NCBI GenBank assembly: GCA_964016885.1
Contig: OZ024744.1
Location: forward strand, 33,976,001 to 34,040,000
Source: Eledone cirrhosa
Taxonomy: Eukaryota
DNA length: 64,000 nt
Direction of reading: 5' to 3'
This document shows positions 14,001 through 26,910 of the stretch, in pieces. A model generated the notes under the pieces. The model was not told the DNA's origin and made no database searches. It worked only from the letters and a program-made list of their open reading frames with translations. A program made the translations under genes and the position numbers. Position 1 is the first letter of the stretch. Each line of letters opens with the position of its first letter.

Positions 14001-16310
14001 TTGTGGTGTGGTGTGATATATTGTAGTGAGGTGTGGTATATTGTAGTGTGGAGTGGTATAGTGTAGTGTGGTATATTGTAGTGTGGTGTGGTATATTGTG
14101 GTGTGGTGTGGTATATTGTAGTGTGGTGTGGCATATTGTAGTGTATATTGTAGTGTGGTGTGATATAGTATAGTGTGGTGTGATATATAGTAGTGTGGAG
14201 TGGTATAGTGTAGTGTGGTATATTGTTGTGTGGAATGGTATAGTGCAGTGTAGAGTGATATATTGTTGTGTGGTGTGGTATATTGTAGTGTGGAGTGGTA
14301 TAGTGTAGTGTGATATATTGTAGAGTGGTGTTGCATAGTGTAATGTGGAGTGGTATATTGCAGTGTGGTGTGGTATATAGTAGTGTGGAGTGGGATACTG
14401 TAGTGCCGTGAGATATATTGTAGTGTGGTGTGGTATATTTTAGAGTGGAGTGGTATAGTGTAGGGTGCTGTGGTATATTGTAGTGTTGTGTGATATATTG
14501 TAGTGTGAAATGGTATAGTGTAGTGCGGTATGATATATAGTATTTTGGAGTGGTATAGTGTAGTGTGGTGTGATATATTGTAGTGTTGGAGTGGTATATT
14601 GTAGTGTAGTGTGATATATTGTAGTGTGGTGTGGTATATTGTAGTGGGATACAGTGTTGTGTGATGTGATATATTGTAGTGTGGTGTGGTATATTGTAGT
14701 GCGGTGTGATATACTGTAGTGTGGTATGATAAACTGTAGTGTGATGTGATATAGTGTTAGTGTGGTGTGATACACTGTAGTGTGATGTGATATAGTGTAG
14801 TGTGGTGTGGTATATTGTAGTGTGATGTGATATATGTAGTGTGGTGTGATATATTGTAGTGTGGTGTGATATAGTGTTAATGTGATGTGATATATAGTAG
14901 TGTGGTGTGATATATTGTAGTGTGGTGTGATATATTGTAGTGTGATGTGATATACTCTATTGTGATGTGACATAGTGAGGTGTGATGTGATATATTGAAG
15001 TGTGGTGTGATATATTGTAGTGTGGTGTGGTATAGTGTAATATGATGTGATATAGTGTAGTGTGGTGTGATATAGTGTAGTGTGATGTGAAATAATGTAT
15101 TGTGGCGTGATATAGTGTTGTGCGGTGTGATATATTGTAGTGTGATGTGATATAGTGTAGTGTGATGTGATATAGTGTAGTGTAGTGTGGTATATTGTAG
15201 TATGATGTGGTATATTATTGTGGTGTGATATATAGTAATGTGGTGTGGTATATTCTAGTGCGGTGTGATATACTGTAGTGTGGTGCGGTATATTGTAGTG
15301 TGGTGTGATGTATTGTAGTGTGATGTGGTATAGTGTAGTATGGTGTGGTATATTGTAGTGCGGTGTGGTATATTGAAGTGTGATATGATATAGTGTAGTG
15401 TGATGTGATATATTGTAGTGTGATGTGATATAGTGTAGTGTTATGTGATATATTGTAGGTGGTGTGATATATTGTAGTGTGGTGTGGTATAGTGTAGTGT
15501 GGTGTGGTGTGGTATACTTTAGTGTGGTGTGATATATTGTAGTGTGGAGTGATATAGTGTAGTGTGGTGCGGTATATTGTAGTGTGGAGTTGTATATTGT
15601 AGTGTGATGTGATACACTGTAGTGTGATGTGATATAGTGTAGTCTGATGTGATATATTGTAGTGTGGTGTGATATATTGTAGTGTGGTGTGATATATTGT
15701 AGTGTGGTGTGGTATAGTGTAGTACGATGTGATATAGTGTAGTGTGGTGTGCTATAGTTTAGCGTGGTGTGGTATAATGTAGTATGGAGTTGTGTATTGT
15801 AGTTTGGTGTGTTATATTTTAGTGTGGTGTGATATATTGTAGTGTGGTGTGATATATAGTAGTGTGGAGTGGTATAGTGTAGTGTGATGTGATATATTGT
15901 AGTGTGGAGTGGTATAGTGTAGTGAGGTGTGGTGTGGTATATTGTAGTGTGGTGTGGTATATTGTAGTGTGATGTGATATACTCTATTGTGATGTGACAT
16001 AGTGAGGTGTGATGTGATATATTGAAGTGTGGTGTGATATATTGTAGTGTGGTGTGGTATAGTGTAATATGATGTGATATAGTGTAGTGTGGTGTGATAT
16101 AGTGTAGTGTGATGTGATATATTGTAGTGTGGTATGATATATTGTAGTGTGGTGTGGTATATTGTATTGTGGTGTGGTATATTGTAGTGTGGTATGATAT
16201 ATTGTAGTGTGGTGTGGTATATTGTAGTATGGTGTGATATAGTGTAGTGTAGTGTGCTATATTGTAGTGTGGTGTGGTATACTGTAGTGTAATGTGATAT
16301 ATTGTACTAG
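8061..16310. repeat. Minisatellite array, ~20-bp unit GTGTGGTATATTGTAGTGTG built from 5-mers
   Basis: Continuous tandem array. A short piece also lies at 5924-5973, on the other side of the LTR element. Confidence 0.97.
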
Positions 16311-16773
16311 GTTGTTGTGTATCTGACCTTGATCTAGCCTGTTTTTTGTTTACATTGTATATTGTGGAACATTTGTTTCTGTAAATATCTATAACACACC
16401 TCATGTCAAGATTGTTTTTTCCTATTTGGGACTTGGTACTCAGAAGGTCTGTTCTGGAATGTTCTGGTCGGTATCTCTGTTAGCTTTTGTGTAATTTTGT
16501 GTGAGTGTGTAATTTTGTGTGTGAGTCTGTGTGTGTGTGTGTGTGTGTGTAATTTTGTGTGTGAGTATGTGTGTGTGTGTGTGTACTGGTGTATTTATAT
16601 AACTGTGTCTTTGTAAAGATATATTTACATATATACATAGGTGTGTGCGATGCTGATACCGCTGAGCCCTCTAACCTTGGGAGTACTGAATACTTTGATA
16701 GATGCAGAGTGGATATAGAGATAGGTAAAATCAGGACCGCGTCACCAGCCGATACCACTTGGCACCACGTTTT

Positions 16774-19656
16774 GGCAGACTACCTATAATAACACCATGT
16801 CTGCCAGTATCAAAGACCGAATATAAGAAATTGACAGCGAAGATGCGCACGTATTGACACATCACCATCCCCACTATCCTGGTATAGAAGAACTGCCTCG
16901 ACCTTTGTCTGACTGTAGCTATTCTGCACGCACGCGCGCCCTACATAGTAGTTCAGTTACCCGGAGATTTACCCTTCTGCATTGTTGAGGCTTCCAAAAC
17001 GACCAATTTTATTATTCCACAATCCTTCAAGTAAACTTCAACACTCTCTTATCTCTACACCTCGACAACCCATTCCACCCCCACCTACCAACCACGAACT
17101 CGACACGAAACTCATCAGGTTGAAACACTCCATCTCTGAAATCCTACATAAACACACACACACACAACACACATCCTCACTAAATCTCAACTCACCACTC
17201 TCTCCAACGTGAAATTGAGAACCTCATCTACCCCCCCCCCCCCTGACAAGGGAAAGGAATTCAGCGTCATCAGCAGAGAGGCCTACAACACCCTAGCCCT
17301 CCAACACCTTGACGATGACAGTCTCTACTCTAAAGTCACAGGATCACTCTCGCGGAGATCGAGGAGCACATCAGCGCCGCCTGGACCAACATGTGCGACT
17401 GGCAGAACCTCCCGAAGAAGCTTAGAAACAACCTCCTCAAGAGGAACAGCAGACTACCCGCCTCCTATCACCTCGTGAAAACCCACAAACAGGGACCCGA
17501 CCTGAAAATCAGGCCTATTGTATCGAGCGTGGAAGGACCGCTCTACAAAATGTCATGGCTTCTAGCCAAAATATTTAAACCCCTACTGAACACCTTGCCG
17601 GGACACGTCAACAGTTCCGAGGGAGTGGTGGAGCGTCTACACCAAATGGATACCGACACCCGAAAGGCTAACAGGTACGCCTTCAGCCTTGAGGTGGTCG
17701 CCCTCTACACCTCTGTCCCGGCTGTCGACATACTGACAGAATGTGTCCAGTCCACCAACGTACACTGCTTCGGGCTTACCCCCACTGACATCCACCAGCT
17801 CCTATCCGTTGTCGTTGACAACACATATTTCAATTTTCTCGACCAAACATACCAACAGACCTTAGGGCTGCCCAAGGGCTCAAGTCTGTCAGGGGTGCTA
17901 GTGATCTTCGACATGGACAGCCTCGAGTGCAAGGCACTCAGCACCTGCCACCCCAACGCCGTCGCCTTCTCAAGATACGTGGATGATATCCTCATCCTCA
18001 CATCTTCCCAGGAGATGGCAAAAGGTATTTACGAGACGTTCAGCAACACGGACGAGAATATTGACTTCAGTGTTGAACACCCCAACGACGACGGGTCCCT
18101 TGCCCTCCTCGACTTCCGAATCAACATCACAGAGCATGGAGGGATCAACACCAACTTCTACCGCAAGGCAGCCTGTAGGGACTTGTTCGTCTACTACAAA
18201 TCTGCCCTTCCCAACAGTGCTAAAAGAGGGTACATCACGAACAAGATCACACGGATTAAAAATAGATGCAGCGATCCCGTAAGTGGTGTCGCCCATACCA
18301 AGAGGTTCCACAGGGTGCTGGGGGACGAATGGATACCCAGCATCATTTACAAGCAGAATAAGGGACACCAGACACAAGAGGCAGAGAAACAACCAAGACA
18401 TGTACTTCCTTAAAATCCAGCAGCTGGGCGAGAAAACCACCAACGCTATCCACAGAGCCATACGGGGGGAGGGTCTCGACATCTACTTGGCCCACTCAGG
18501 GCCCTCCCTACGAAGATGCCTCTCCAGGAAACCCGAAAAATTGGCTGACGCGTGTTCCCTCAGCAACTGTCCGATGTGCCACAGGAACTGTTGCTTACGC
18601 ACGTACGTCGTATACAAGGTAGAATGTGACAAGTGTAACGTCTTCTACATCAGTAGCACCATCTGGCCACTACATGTCCGGATCAAGGAACACATCAACA
18701 CTAGGGCCTCGTCTTTCCGGAAACATATAATCAAATGCAGAAACAAAGACGGAAAGCCCATTGTCATAGTGTTAGCGACGGAACACAACGTCAGCACTTT
18801 GGATCAAACGCCTCGGACCACAAATAAATAACCGATCCGAGAAAATTGAGGCGAGATGGCTGGAGTAACAAATGAAACAACAACACACACACAGTAGCAA
18901 TCGAGAGATCGTTGGATCGGCAGTATCGGTAGAGGGTCGGACGCCATGCTTTCCAGCATAGTTACGTCCCTTTACGATCTGAGTTCAAATCCCGCCGAGG
19001 TTGACTTTGCCTTTCATCCTTACGGGGTCGATAAAATAAAGTACCAGTAATGCACTGGGTAATTACTGGCCTTGTGCCTAAAGTAGAAACAGTTATTGTG
19101 TATATATCGAGTCCACCACCCACCGACTGACAGACAACAAGCAAGCAGACTACCTATAATAACACCATGCCTGCCAGTATCAAAGACCGAATATAAGGAA
19201 TTCACAGCGAAGATACGTACGCATTGACACATCACCGCCCCACTACTCTGGTATAGAAGAATTGCCTCGACCTTTGTGTAACTGCAGCTATTCCGTGCGC
19301 ACGCGCATCCTACAGATTAGCTCAATCGTATGCACACGGTAAACAACAGGGGCCACGTGTTGACCCTCTCCGACAAAATAAAACTTTTCCCCCTCGGAAA
19401 GCCCCCAGTTGATGGATGCGAAATCCAAAATATAACGACAATTAAATCACTTCCAAGGTAACTTCTTTATCTCGTTTTATTTTTTTACACTCTTTCCTAC
19501 ATTCTACACCCTCTACGTCTCATTCTATGTTTCCTGTTACATCTCTCTCTCATTACCACCAGATTCTGTTACCCGGAGATTTACCCAACTGCATTGTTGA
19601 GGCTTCCAAACGACCAATTTTATTATTCCACAATGCTTCAAGCAAACTTCAACACT

Positions 19657-19660
<4 letters not shown>
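16774..19660 (+). mobile_element. Penelope-like retroelement (RT + C-terminal GIY-YIG) with direct pseudo-LTRs
   Basis: PDKGKEF, KTHK...RPIVS, ALYTSVP, GLPKGSSLS, RYVDDI, LLDFRI, FYRK; then C..C, YVVYKVEC.KC..FYISST, RIKEH. Segment 16774-17050 recurs at 19145-19660 and ends in (TA)n. Confidence 0.9.
18913..19098 (+). mobile_element. tRNA-derived SINE with Nin/Deu-like core
   Basis: B-box-like GTTCAAATCC and core GCCTTTCATCCTTACGGGGTCGATAAAATAAAGTACCAG; paralogs at 24.4, 37.4 and 58.1 kb. Confidence 0.8.
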
Positions 19661-19734
<74 letters not shown>

Positions 19735-19737
<3 letters not shown>

Positions 19738-20655
19738 GTATTGAAGTTTCCGTTGAAAATTGAAAAAGTCAGAGGAATGAAGAGGGTTCTATGTAAGTTA
19801 CAGAGCTAAATATTTAATGTATAATAAACAATACAATATAATTACCTCATTACCAGAGGTTTCCCGAATAAGACGAATACAAGTAACGTCCGCATTCGTT
19901 CGTAAGACAAGGCAATTTAAAACATAGTGAAATATTTGAAAAATCTCCCCAAGAAAGGCTAAAAGTTTAACGGGCGAAAAAAAAAAAGTAATAATACAAG
20001 AAATGTATAAAAAAAATAAAAATAAAGAAATATAGTAAGGGGATATGTGTGTATGCACATACATATGTACATATGTACATGTGTGTGTATGTACAACTAC
20101 ATGTGTATAGTGAAAAAATGTGTGCGTAAGTACATACATGAGGGCAAATATATTAGTGTATGTGTGATCACAAATAAATATATATATATGTTGAAAATAG
20201 AAATTGTAAGATAATGGAGTTAGCGTACATACAGACTCAGGGACTAAGGGCATAAATATATACACATACAAGGATGAAAGGACGCACGCGTATACACATA
20301 CACACACGCGCTACCACATACATGTATGTGGTATATACAGGGAAGAGAGTGTATAAAGTCAACGCAGTGTCAGACACAAGGTCGATACAAATATAAAATA
20401 TGATGAATAAATGAAATAATATATAAGATAAGAATAAAAAATTAAGGCAAAGAGAAAGTAAGGGGGAGGGGTTGTAATATATAAAGTAACACTAGAAAGA
20501 ATAAATAAAAAGTAGAAAACATGCATATACGCGAACAAGCTCATACACACATACATATATATAAATATATGTAGGAGGTGAGTTTTATTGTAGTACAATA
20601 AAGCAATGCAGATATCGTATAAGAAGCACTCTACAGTTTGTAGGACTGGAGTATA
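19735..20655 (-). mobile_element. PLE pseudo-LTR/3' UTR remnant
   Basis: 19735-19960 is the reverse-complement homolog of 29170-29350 and 26790-26940 (hammerhead plus short intron); flanked by (TA)n. Confidence 0.6.
19840..19917 (-). ncRNA. Type I hammerhead ribozyme, core mutated (CUUACGA), probably inactive
   Basis: Homolog of 26833-26910 with G5 changed to U. Confidence 0.65.
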
Positions 20656-20689
20656 CATAATATATAAGAACAAAAGATGGTTAAAAGAA

Positions 20690-20771
20690 TTCCATGTATT
20701 TTATTATGCGCATTTCAAAAACAAATATCATCATGCAATAATATTTGTGTTTTCATCAGATAAAACAGGAA
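20690..20771 (-). ncRNA. Type I hammerhead ribozyme (left arm)
   Basis: Mirror copy of 21159-21240 with an intact CUGAUGA/GAAA core. Confidence 0.8.
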
Positions 20772-21158
20772 GACACGATATGAAGGTTAAAAAACACTTG
20801 TGGATAGTGCAGTTTTAAATCAACATATGAAAAGTAGTTTTAGATTGATGTGTGATATTGGAAAAAAAAAAAATTATTTGTGGGGGGTGGGGGGTGGAAA
20901 GGATGAAAAAGACAATATATTTCTCTCAGTTATAAAAGCTATATCTCTCTCTCTATCACCCATCTCTCTTCCTATCTCATTATACTCCTCCCTCTCCACT
21001 TTTTACTCTCATCTCCTCCTCTTTTTCATCCTCCCCCCCCCCCCCTCAAAATAAAATAAAAATTTTCCCCAATATCACACATCAATCTAAAACTACTTTT
21101 CATATGTTGATTTAAAACTGCACTATCCACAAGTGTTTTTTAACCTTCATATCATGTC

Positions 21159-21240
21159 TTCCTGTTTTATCTGATGAAAACACACATATTATTGCATGAT
21201 GATATTTGTTTTTGAAATGCGCATAATAAAATACATGGAA
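21159..21240 (+). ncRNA. Type I hammerhead ribozyme (right arm)
   Basis: TTTTAT-CTGATGA-(long stem II)-GAAA-TGCGCA-TA^-ATAAAA. Stem I TTTTAT/ATAAAA extends to TTCC/GGAA; stem III is palindromic. Confidence 0.82.
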
Positions 21241-21414
21241 CTCTTTTAACCATCTTTTGTTCTTATATATATATAAATATATATACATACAGACAAAAAC
21301 ACATGCAGAAAAGCATACATACACATACACGCATACATACATACATATACACATATATATATACATACATGCACATCTATTCACACGCACGCACGCGACC
21401 ATATATATATATAA

Positions 21415-22940
21415 CACTAACAACTTTGATATCACAATGGGATCTGCGGACTCTGCTCAGGTAACTGATTTGGTCGGACTTTACCTAACCATGAACTCCA
21501 TAAGACACTTCTATACCTATGCGGTGGTTTATACCGAGATGATGCCCTCCTTACCCTTGAGCATAAAAAATCAGTATTGAGAAGACAAAGAAGGACCTAC
21601 ACAAATTCTTTAAAGGTTATAACCTTAATATTACGATAGATAAGAATAATAAAACAGTAAATTTCTTGGATGCAACACTTGATCTAGAAAATAGGATTTA
21701 GACACCATATCATAAACCTAATGGGAGACTAACTTATGTACATGCTGAATCCAACTACCCTAAATCTGCACCGAATGCTATTGTTAAGGGAGTATCTAAT
21801 AGGATCAGCCGTTTATCATGTAGTGAAGATATTTTCAACTCTAATATAGATTATTATAATGTTGCATTAGCTAAGTCTGGATATAAAAATAAACTATTTT
21901 ACGTACCTGCTAACTCCCAATCCACGGTAGCTAGGCATAATAATGTTATTACGCATAATATGTCTTTAAATTATAATTATAATGATAAAAGTAATAAAAC
22001 TCTAGATAGGACAAATGTTGTGATTAGCTCAGCTCAGCCTAGACTGAATGGCCCTAATATGCATCCTCCAAATACTTCTAATGGTTACACTAATGGAAGT
22101 GCTGTAAGATTTGGAAAACACACTCATAGTAGAGTATTAGATAGACATATTGACCTATGTAATGGGAGAATTTCACGACCAAATTATGGTGGACTTAGTT
22201 CTGTATGCGTAGGGGAGAGTAGTAGCCCTGGTGTGAACCGGATTGTAGTGGGGGAAAAATAGAAGAAGAAGGAACACCTTTTTTAACCCACCATACAACT
22301 CTGAGGTCTTAACTAATATACCAAAAACATTCTTCTTAATCCTAGAAAAAAACTTCCCGCCGGGTAGCAGATACCATAGTATATTCAATAAAAACACAAT
22401 TAAATTATCGTACTCCACTACACCAAACCTAGCTTACCACCTGGCACGTACTAATAATCAGAAAATTAGTGTAGGTTTTGAAAATATTAAAACTGTGAGT
22501 AACCAACAGCAACCTAACACATTGGCTAGTGCGGTACCGCAGATCGCTGACATCACATCTGTTGAACACATTACAAGTCAAATGGGTTTGAACAATAAGC
22601 CATCCCAAGGTATGAATAACGACACATACCGTAGTTGTAATTATAGAAGGAGTGGAAATTGCCCTTTAAAAGGCAATTGCCTTATGAGGAATATTGTTTA
22701 TGCATGTGATGTTGTAACAACAACCTCAACTAAGACATATGTGGGTTCTACCTCTACAGCTTTTAAAAGTAGATTTAACTCCCACAATTATACTTTTAGA
22801 TATGATAGGCTTAAAAATGCTACCTTCCTTAGCTAAAAATATTCACTCTTTAAAATATGATGGTATAGATTATACACTCAATTGGAGGTTGGTAACTAAA
22901 TCTCCACCCTACCTCCCCCCGAACAAAACTGAAGTGTAAG
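21415..22940 (+). mobile_element. Penelope-like element fragment (YRDD-type RT, Cys-rich linker, GIY-YIG)
   Basis: FDITMGSADSAQVTDLVGLYL, GGLYRDD (frameshifted), VNFLDATLDL, YHKPN, FFNPPYN, CNYRRSGNCPLKGNC, IVY...YVG..RFNSH. Same type as the 47-49 kb element. Confidence 0.88.
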
Positions 22941-22959
22941 ATAGTTTTATTTAGTTAGG

Positions 22960-24170
22960 GACTGGTAAGGGATGATGTGGTATTGTATACTTGGATACTG
23001 TATAGTGGAGTGTGGTTTGGTGTACTATCCCATGTTGCTTGGCATTATGGTTTAGTGTAGTGTAATGTAGTACAGTATCCTGTGGTGTAGTTGATAGGGT
23101 CGTGTGACGTATTGCGGTGTACTTGATTTGATTTGTTGTGGAGTGTATAGGCGTACTGTAGTAGGGGGTGATGACATTGGTGTGGTTGAATCGAATGTTT
23201 GCAATTTGGTGGGATCTAGTGTAGTGTATCTAGGTGTTGGGTAGTCCAGTGGATTAGTGGGGTGGAGTGTAATGTAGTGTTATGATATGATGTGCTGTAT
23301 TGTGATGATTGAAATAAGGTGTCGGACATTGTTGCGCACTGGGGCAGCTTCAGTTGCTATACTCACTGGACTAAGGTGTGGAATAATATAGTCTGCAGTG
23401 GTGAGTTTTTGAGTTTGGAGTGGTGAGAAGTATGTGGTTGTGTTGTGTGGTAGTATAGTGTGGTATGAGGTGATGTGGCTGTGTATGGTGAAGTGGGATC
23501 TAGTGTGTAGTAATGTAGTGCAGCGTGGTGAGGAATGGGGTATTTTAGTGTGATGTGATGTTGTAGTGAAGGGTGGTGTAAGGGAATTTGGTATGATTTG
23601 CTGAGGTGTTTTGAGGTGTAGTATTATGTAATGTTTGTAATTTTGTGAGGATTGGGTATGGCGGTGGGGTGTGTTTTTAGTGTTGTTGTCTGGTGTACTG
23701 TGGTGTGGTGTGGTGTTGTGTGGTGTAACGCGGTCTAATTTTTCCCAATATTGAAGTGCGTAGTTTGAGGTTGGATATGTAGTACTGGTCCTGGGGCAGT
23801 GAAGTGGGATGGGGTATACAGTAGTATAATGCTTCTGGGAGTGGTAGGTTATAACGGTGTGTGGTGTGGCGTGGTATATAGTGGTTGAATCGGTGGAGCG
23901 GTATGGCGTGGTGTGGTATGGTGTGGTGTCGAGTGGTTTGGTTGTCTGAGAGATTGGTGTGGTGTGATGTGGTGGAGTATTGCGGTGTCTATTGGTGTAG
24001 GGGTGATATCCTGTAGTTTAGTGTAATGGTGTGTATTGTGGTTTGGAGGGGTGTGATGTGGTTAGATCTACCAGGGTATAGTGGGCTATGGGGTGGAGTA
24101 ATGTGGTGGGATGTGTGTTAGTGCGGTGTTAGTGGGGTAGAATCTGGAGGCGGGGGGGGGGGGGTTAGGA
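22960..24170. repeat. Degenerate GT-rich (GTGTG/GTGTA) satellite
   Basis: Eroded pentamer repeats resembling the 8-16 kb array. Confidence 0.7.
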
Positions 24171-24404
24171 TGGGGTGAAGTTACTGAACTTATAATTTTC
24201 TATTTATATTCATTTCTCTTTAATCTGATATTAGTCTCAATTAAATACCTATTAGATGAATAATCAGAGTTATCCCCCTTTCATTCACATCCTGAGTACA
24301 CCGTCATCTCTTTAACAGCTAAAACATCATTTAATGTACACAGAGACCACATGAGTACTACGTTTTTCTGTAACAACTAAGACGTCATCAATTTATGTAC
24401 ACAG

Positions 24405-24580
24405 AGTTCAGTGGCGCTAAATAAAGTAAAATGCTCTAAGCCAGTTACGGCCCTTGCCATTCTGAGTTCAAATCCCGCCGAGGTTAACGTTTCCTTTTAT
24501 CCTTACGGGGTCGATAAAATAAAGTACCAGTAATGTACTGGGTAATTGCTGGCCTTGTGCCAATAGTAGAAACAATTATT
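24405..24580 (+). mobile_element. Nin-core tRNA SINE
   Basis: GTTCAAATCCCGCCGAGG...ATCCTTACGGGGTCGATAAAATAAAGTACCAG. Confidence 0.8.
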
Positions 24581-25789
24581 TTAATTTAATTTTAGGGTAT
24601 GTAGACTGTATTTGTATTTTTATCTTTATTTTGTATCTATTCCATTTCATCTCTGATTATATATTTGAATTTGACCATTTTTAGAAAACATGCTAAGATA
24701 TTTAGTGTATTTAACAATTGGTACACGAGTGTTGATTTCTGTTTGTTTTGTTTAGACTCGTTGGTTGTGCTGATCGTATTTGCTGTGACCTGAAGTTCTA
24801 TTCACATGTTGGTGACAGAATTGTGTGTGGTGAATTGCCTTGAAATGATTCTTGAACAAGGTTTTAATGTTGACCTGTGATTTTCTGTATGGAGTGGTTG
24901 TTTATTGTAGTAATCCAGCATACATTTTCTTGAGTTATGATGTAATTGTTACGCTTAATATACTACTACGTATATTTAACCAGTGACCATATAACTGTAT
25001 ATGTATATATGTGTTTTCTAATAAACGCGTGTTGATACGGAAATAAACGAAGGTTGACGAATGACGTCAGATTGACGTCACTTTCTTCTACTTTCACTTC
25101 TGACAGCCAATTCCGTTGTAGTGCCATATGTATGTGTATGTATGTATGTATGTATGTATGTATATGTATATATAATATGTTCGATATGTAAACAAATAGT
25201 CCTGCTTGTATTGCTAATTATGCATGAATAATAATTTTGCCAATTACTTTATAACAACTAATATATCGAGACAGCTTAAATTCTATCGCACACTAACCTA
25301 AACCTGCTTATGATTTTTATATTAATTTATTGTATTTTAATTTATTTTTAGTATATTTTTATTTAATTACTTTTCTTTATTGGATTTTATTTTATTTTAT
25401 TTTATTTTTCTTCATTTCATTTTATTATATTATCTCTATTATTTTTTATCTTTATTTTTATATTTTTTATTACTTTAATATAATTTATATTGTTTTAACA
25501 TTTGCCTGTATGTTTTATATATTTTTATGTATTTTTTATGTATTTCTATGCATTTTTATGTATTTATTATGTACTTTTTAATGCTTCCACACTTTTTAAT
25601 TTTACATTCTACATTTTTGAGTGCCATCTACTGTGTCTTCATCTTGATGAATCCAATTGTACCTTGGTATTTTGCAGTGAAGATAGTAACCCAAGCATGA
25701 ACCTCTTTGTTAGTTATCTCCAATCCCCTATTATTTTTTCTGATTGTTCATGTGACTAAGTTATTGTGGAGCTTATACTTAACACGGTA

Positions 25790-25849
25790 TTTGTTGAGCT
25801 CTGATGATTCCTGCCTAAAGGTGAGGATGAAACATTGTTAGTGAATAAA
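25790..25849 (+). ncRNA. Minimal type I hammerhead ribozyme (PLE pseudo-LTR type)
   Basis: CTGATGA 25801-25807, stem II TCCT.GCC/GGT.AGGA, GAAA 25829-25832, minimal stem III CATTG, weak stem I. AATAAA and a GTAAG donor follow. Confidence 0.6.
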
Positions 25850-25899
25850 GACTGTTTGAGTATGTAAGCGTTCTTTGGTTTCTTTTGCATATAACGGCT

Positions 25900-26780
25900 C
25901 TGTCTACGTACATTGAGCTAACACAATACTGCAATAATACAGTACGGTGAGTAAGTGTTTATGAACATACGCTCCGAACTTTACGTAAATAAATAAATAA
26001 GTATATATATACATGTAAAAATACATATACGTAAACGCACATACACACATGCACACATACACGCACACACACGAATGCGTTCGTATACATATACAAACAC
26101 GTATACACATACATGCATACATAGATATAAAAAAACAGCCGTTTGAATAAATGGGTACAAAATATACGCAAGTATATATACATAAAAGCGGCTGAGGGAC
26201 AACGGAATATATCTGGAGTTAAAAACTCAAGTGACATTTGATGTCTGGTAGTGAAAGAAAAGGGGGAAGTAAAATAAATGTAAATAATGTTAAGATATAA
26301 AGTTAATGAATCAAATAGAAATGGGGGGGGGGGTTCCACTAGTGGATGTAAAGTAAAAATAAGAGATATGTAAAACTGATTGAGAAGTCTATAAAGAAGG
26401 TAAGTTAAGGAAAGTGAAGAACAAGAGTTTATGGAGGATAAGTGTCTGAAAGTGAGTTAAGTTTATTTGAGCTGGAAAGCAAGTGTGATTTCATGTGTGG
26501 GCAACTGGTGAAAATATCTGTTCTTGCATTTAGGCAGGTTTTTGGTGATTTAAGGTTCTGTAAAATCCAATATTTTTCAATTGTGCATAGTGCGCGTCTT
26601 CTTTAGATTGGTTCAAAATTGACCAATCTAATTTATATTGGATACCTTGGTCCTTCAAATCCCATATTCTGCTAACCAGAGCTGTTGTAAATCTTTTTTC
26701 AGGATGTCGGAAAGATGCAACATGTGATTAATATCGCATTTTGAATTTGCCTTGTGTCATACCCACACACGAAATCACAC
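25900..26780 (-). mobile_element. PLE GIY-YIG C-terminus plus 3' UTR
   Basis: Minus-strand translation ...VGMTQGKFKMRY*SHVASFRHPEK...IWDLKDQGIQYKLDWSIL...LCTIEKYWILQ...CPH. Inverted homolog at 27808-27960. Confidence 0.75.
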
Positions 26781-26832
26781 TTATTTTTTCCTCTCCTTTC
26801 TTGAGATTTTTCAAATATTTCACTATTATTTA

Positions 26833-26910
26833 AATTGCCTTGTCTGACGAACGAATGCGGACGTTTCTTGTATTCGTCTTGTTCGGGAAACCTCTGGTAA
26901 TGAGGTAATT
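26833..26910 (+). ncRNA. Type I hammerhead ribozyme with long stems I and II
   Basis: Stem I AATTGCCTTGT/ATGAGGTAATT (11 bp with GU pairs), CTGACGA, stem II CGAAT..GGACG/CGTCT..GTTCG, GAAA, stem III CC-TCT-GG, cleavage after GUA (26899). Confidence 0.82.

Larger units (their letters stand above)
20660..21270. repeat. Fold-back element (~250-bp arms, ~110-bp spacer) from a PLE terminus
   Basis: About 20660-20912 is the near-perfect reverse complement of about 21020-21270; TA-rich flanks. Confidence 0.9.

Noticed and set aside
8061-16310. CRISPR-like array
   Set aside because: No unique spacers, no cas genes, eukaryotic context.
8066-16404. Long His/Thr/Tyr-rich ORFs (up to 654 aa)
   Set aside because: Translations of the CA-rich satellite strand, which is stop-poor by composition; they occur in several frames.
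16310-16420. GIY-YIG-like remnant next to the satellite (CVIDIYRNKCSTIY)
   Set aside because: Too short, and the key residues are missing.
18980-19000. tRNA gene (GTTCAAATCC)
   Set aside because: SINE head without a cloverleaf.
19400-19440. Hammerhead at the PLE pseudo-LTR (TTGATGG...GAAA)
   Set aside because: Core and stems are too degenerate.
21415-22940. Naiad-type selenoprotein PLE
   Set aside because: The endonuclease is C-terminal here, and no conserved in-frame TGA or SECIS was seen.
25062-25080. Tandem CRE sites TGACGTCA
   Set aside because: No promoter context; it lies in probable repeat-derived DNA.
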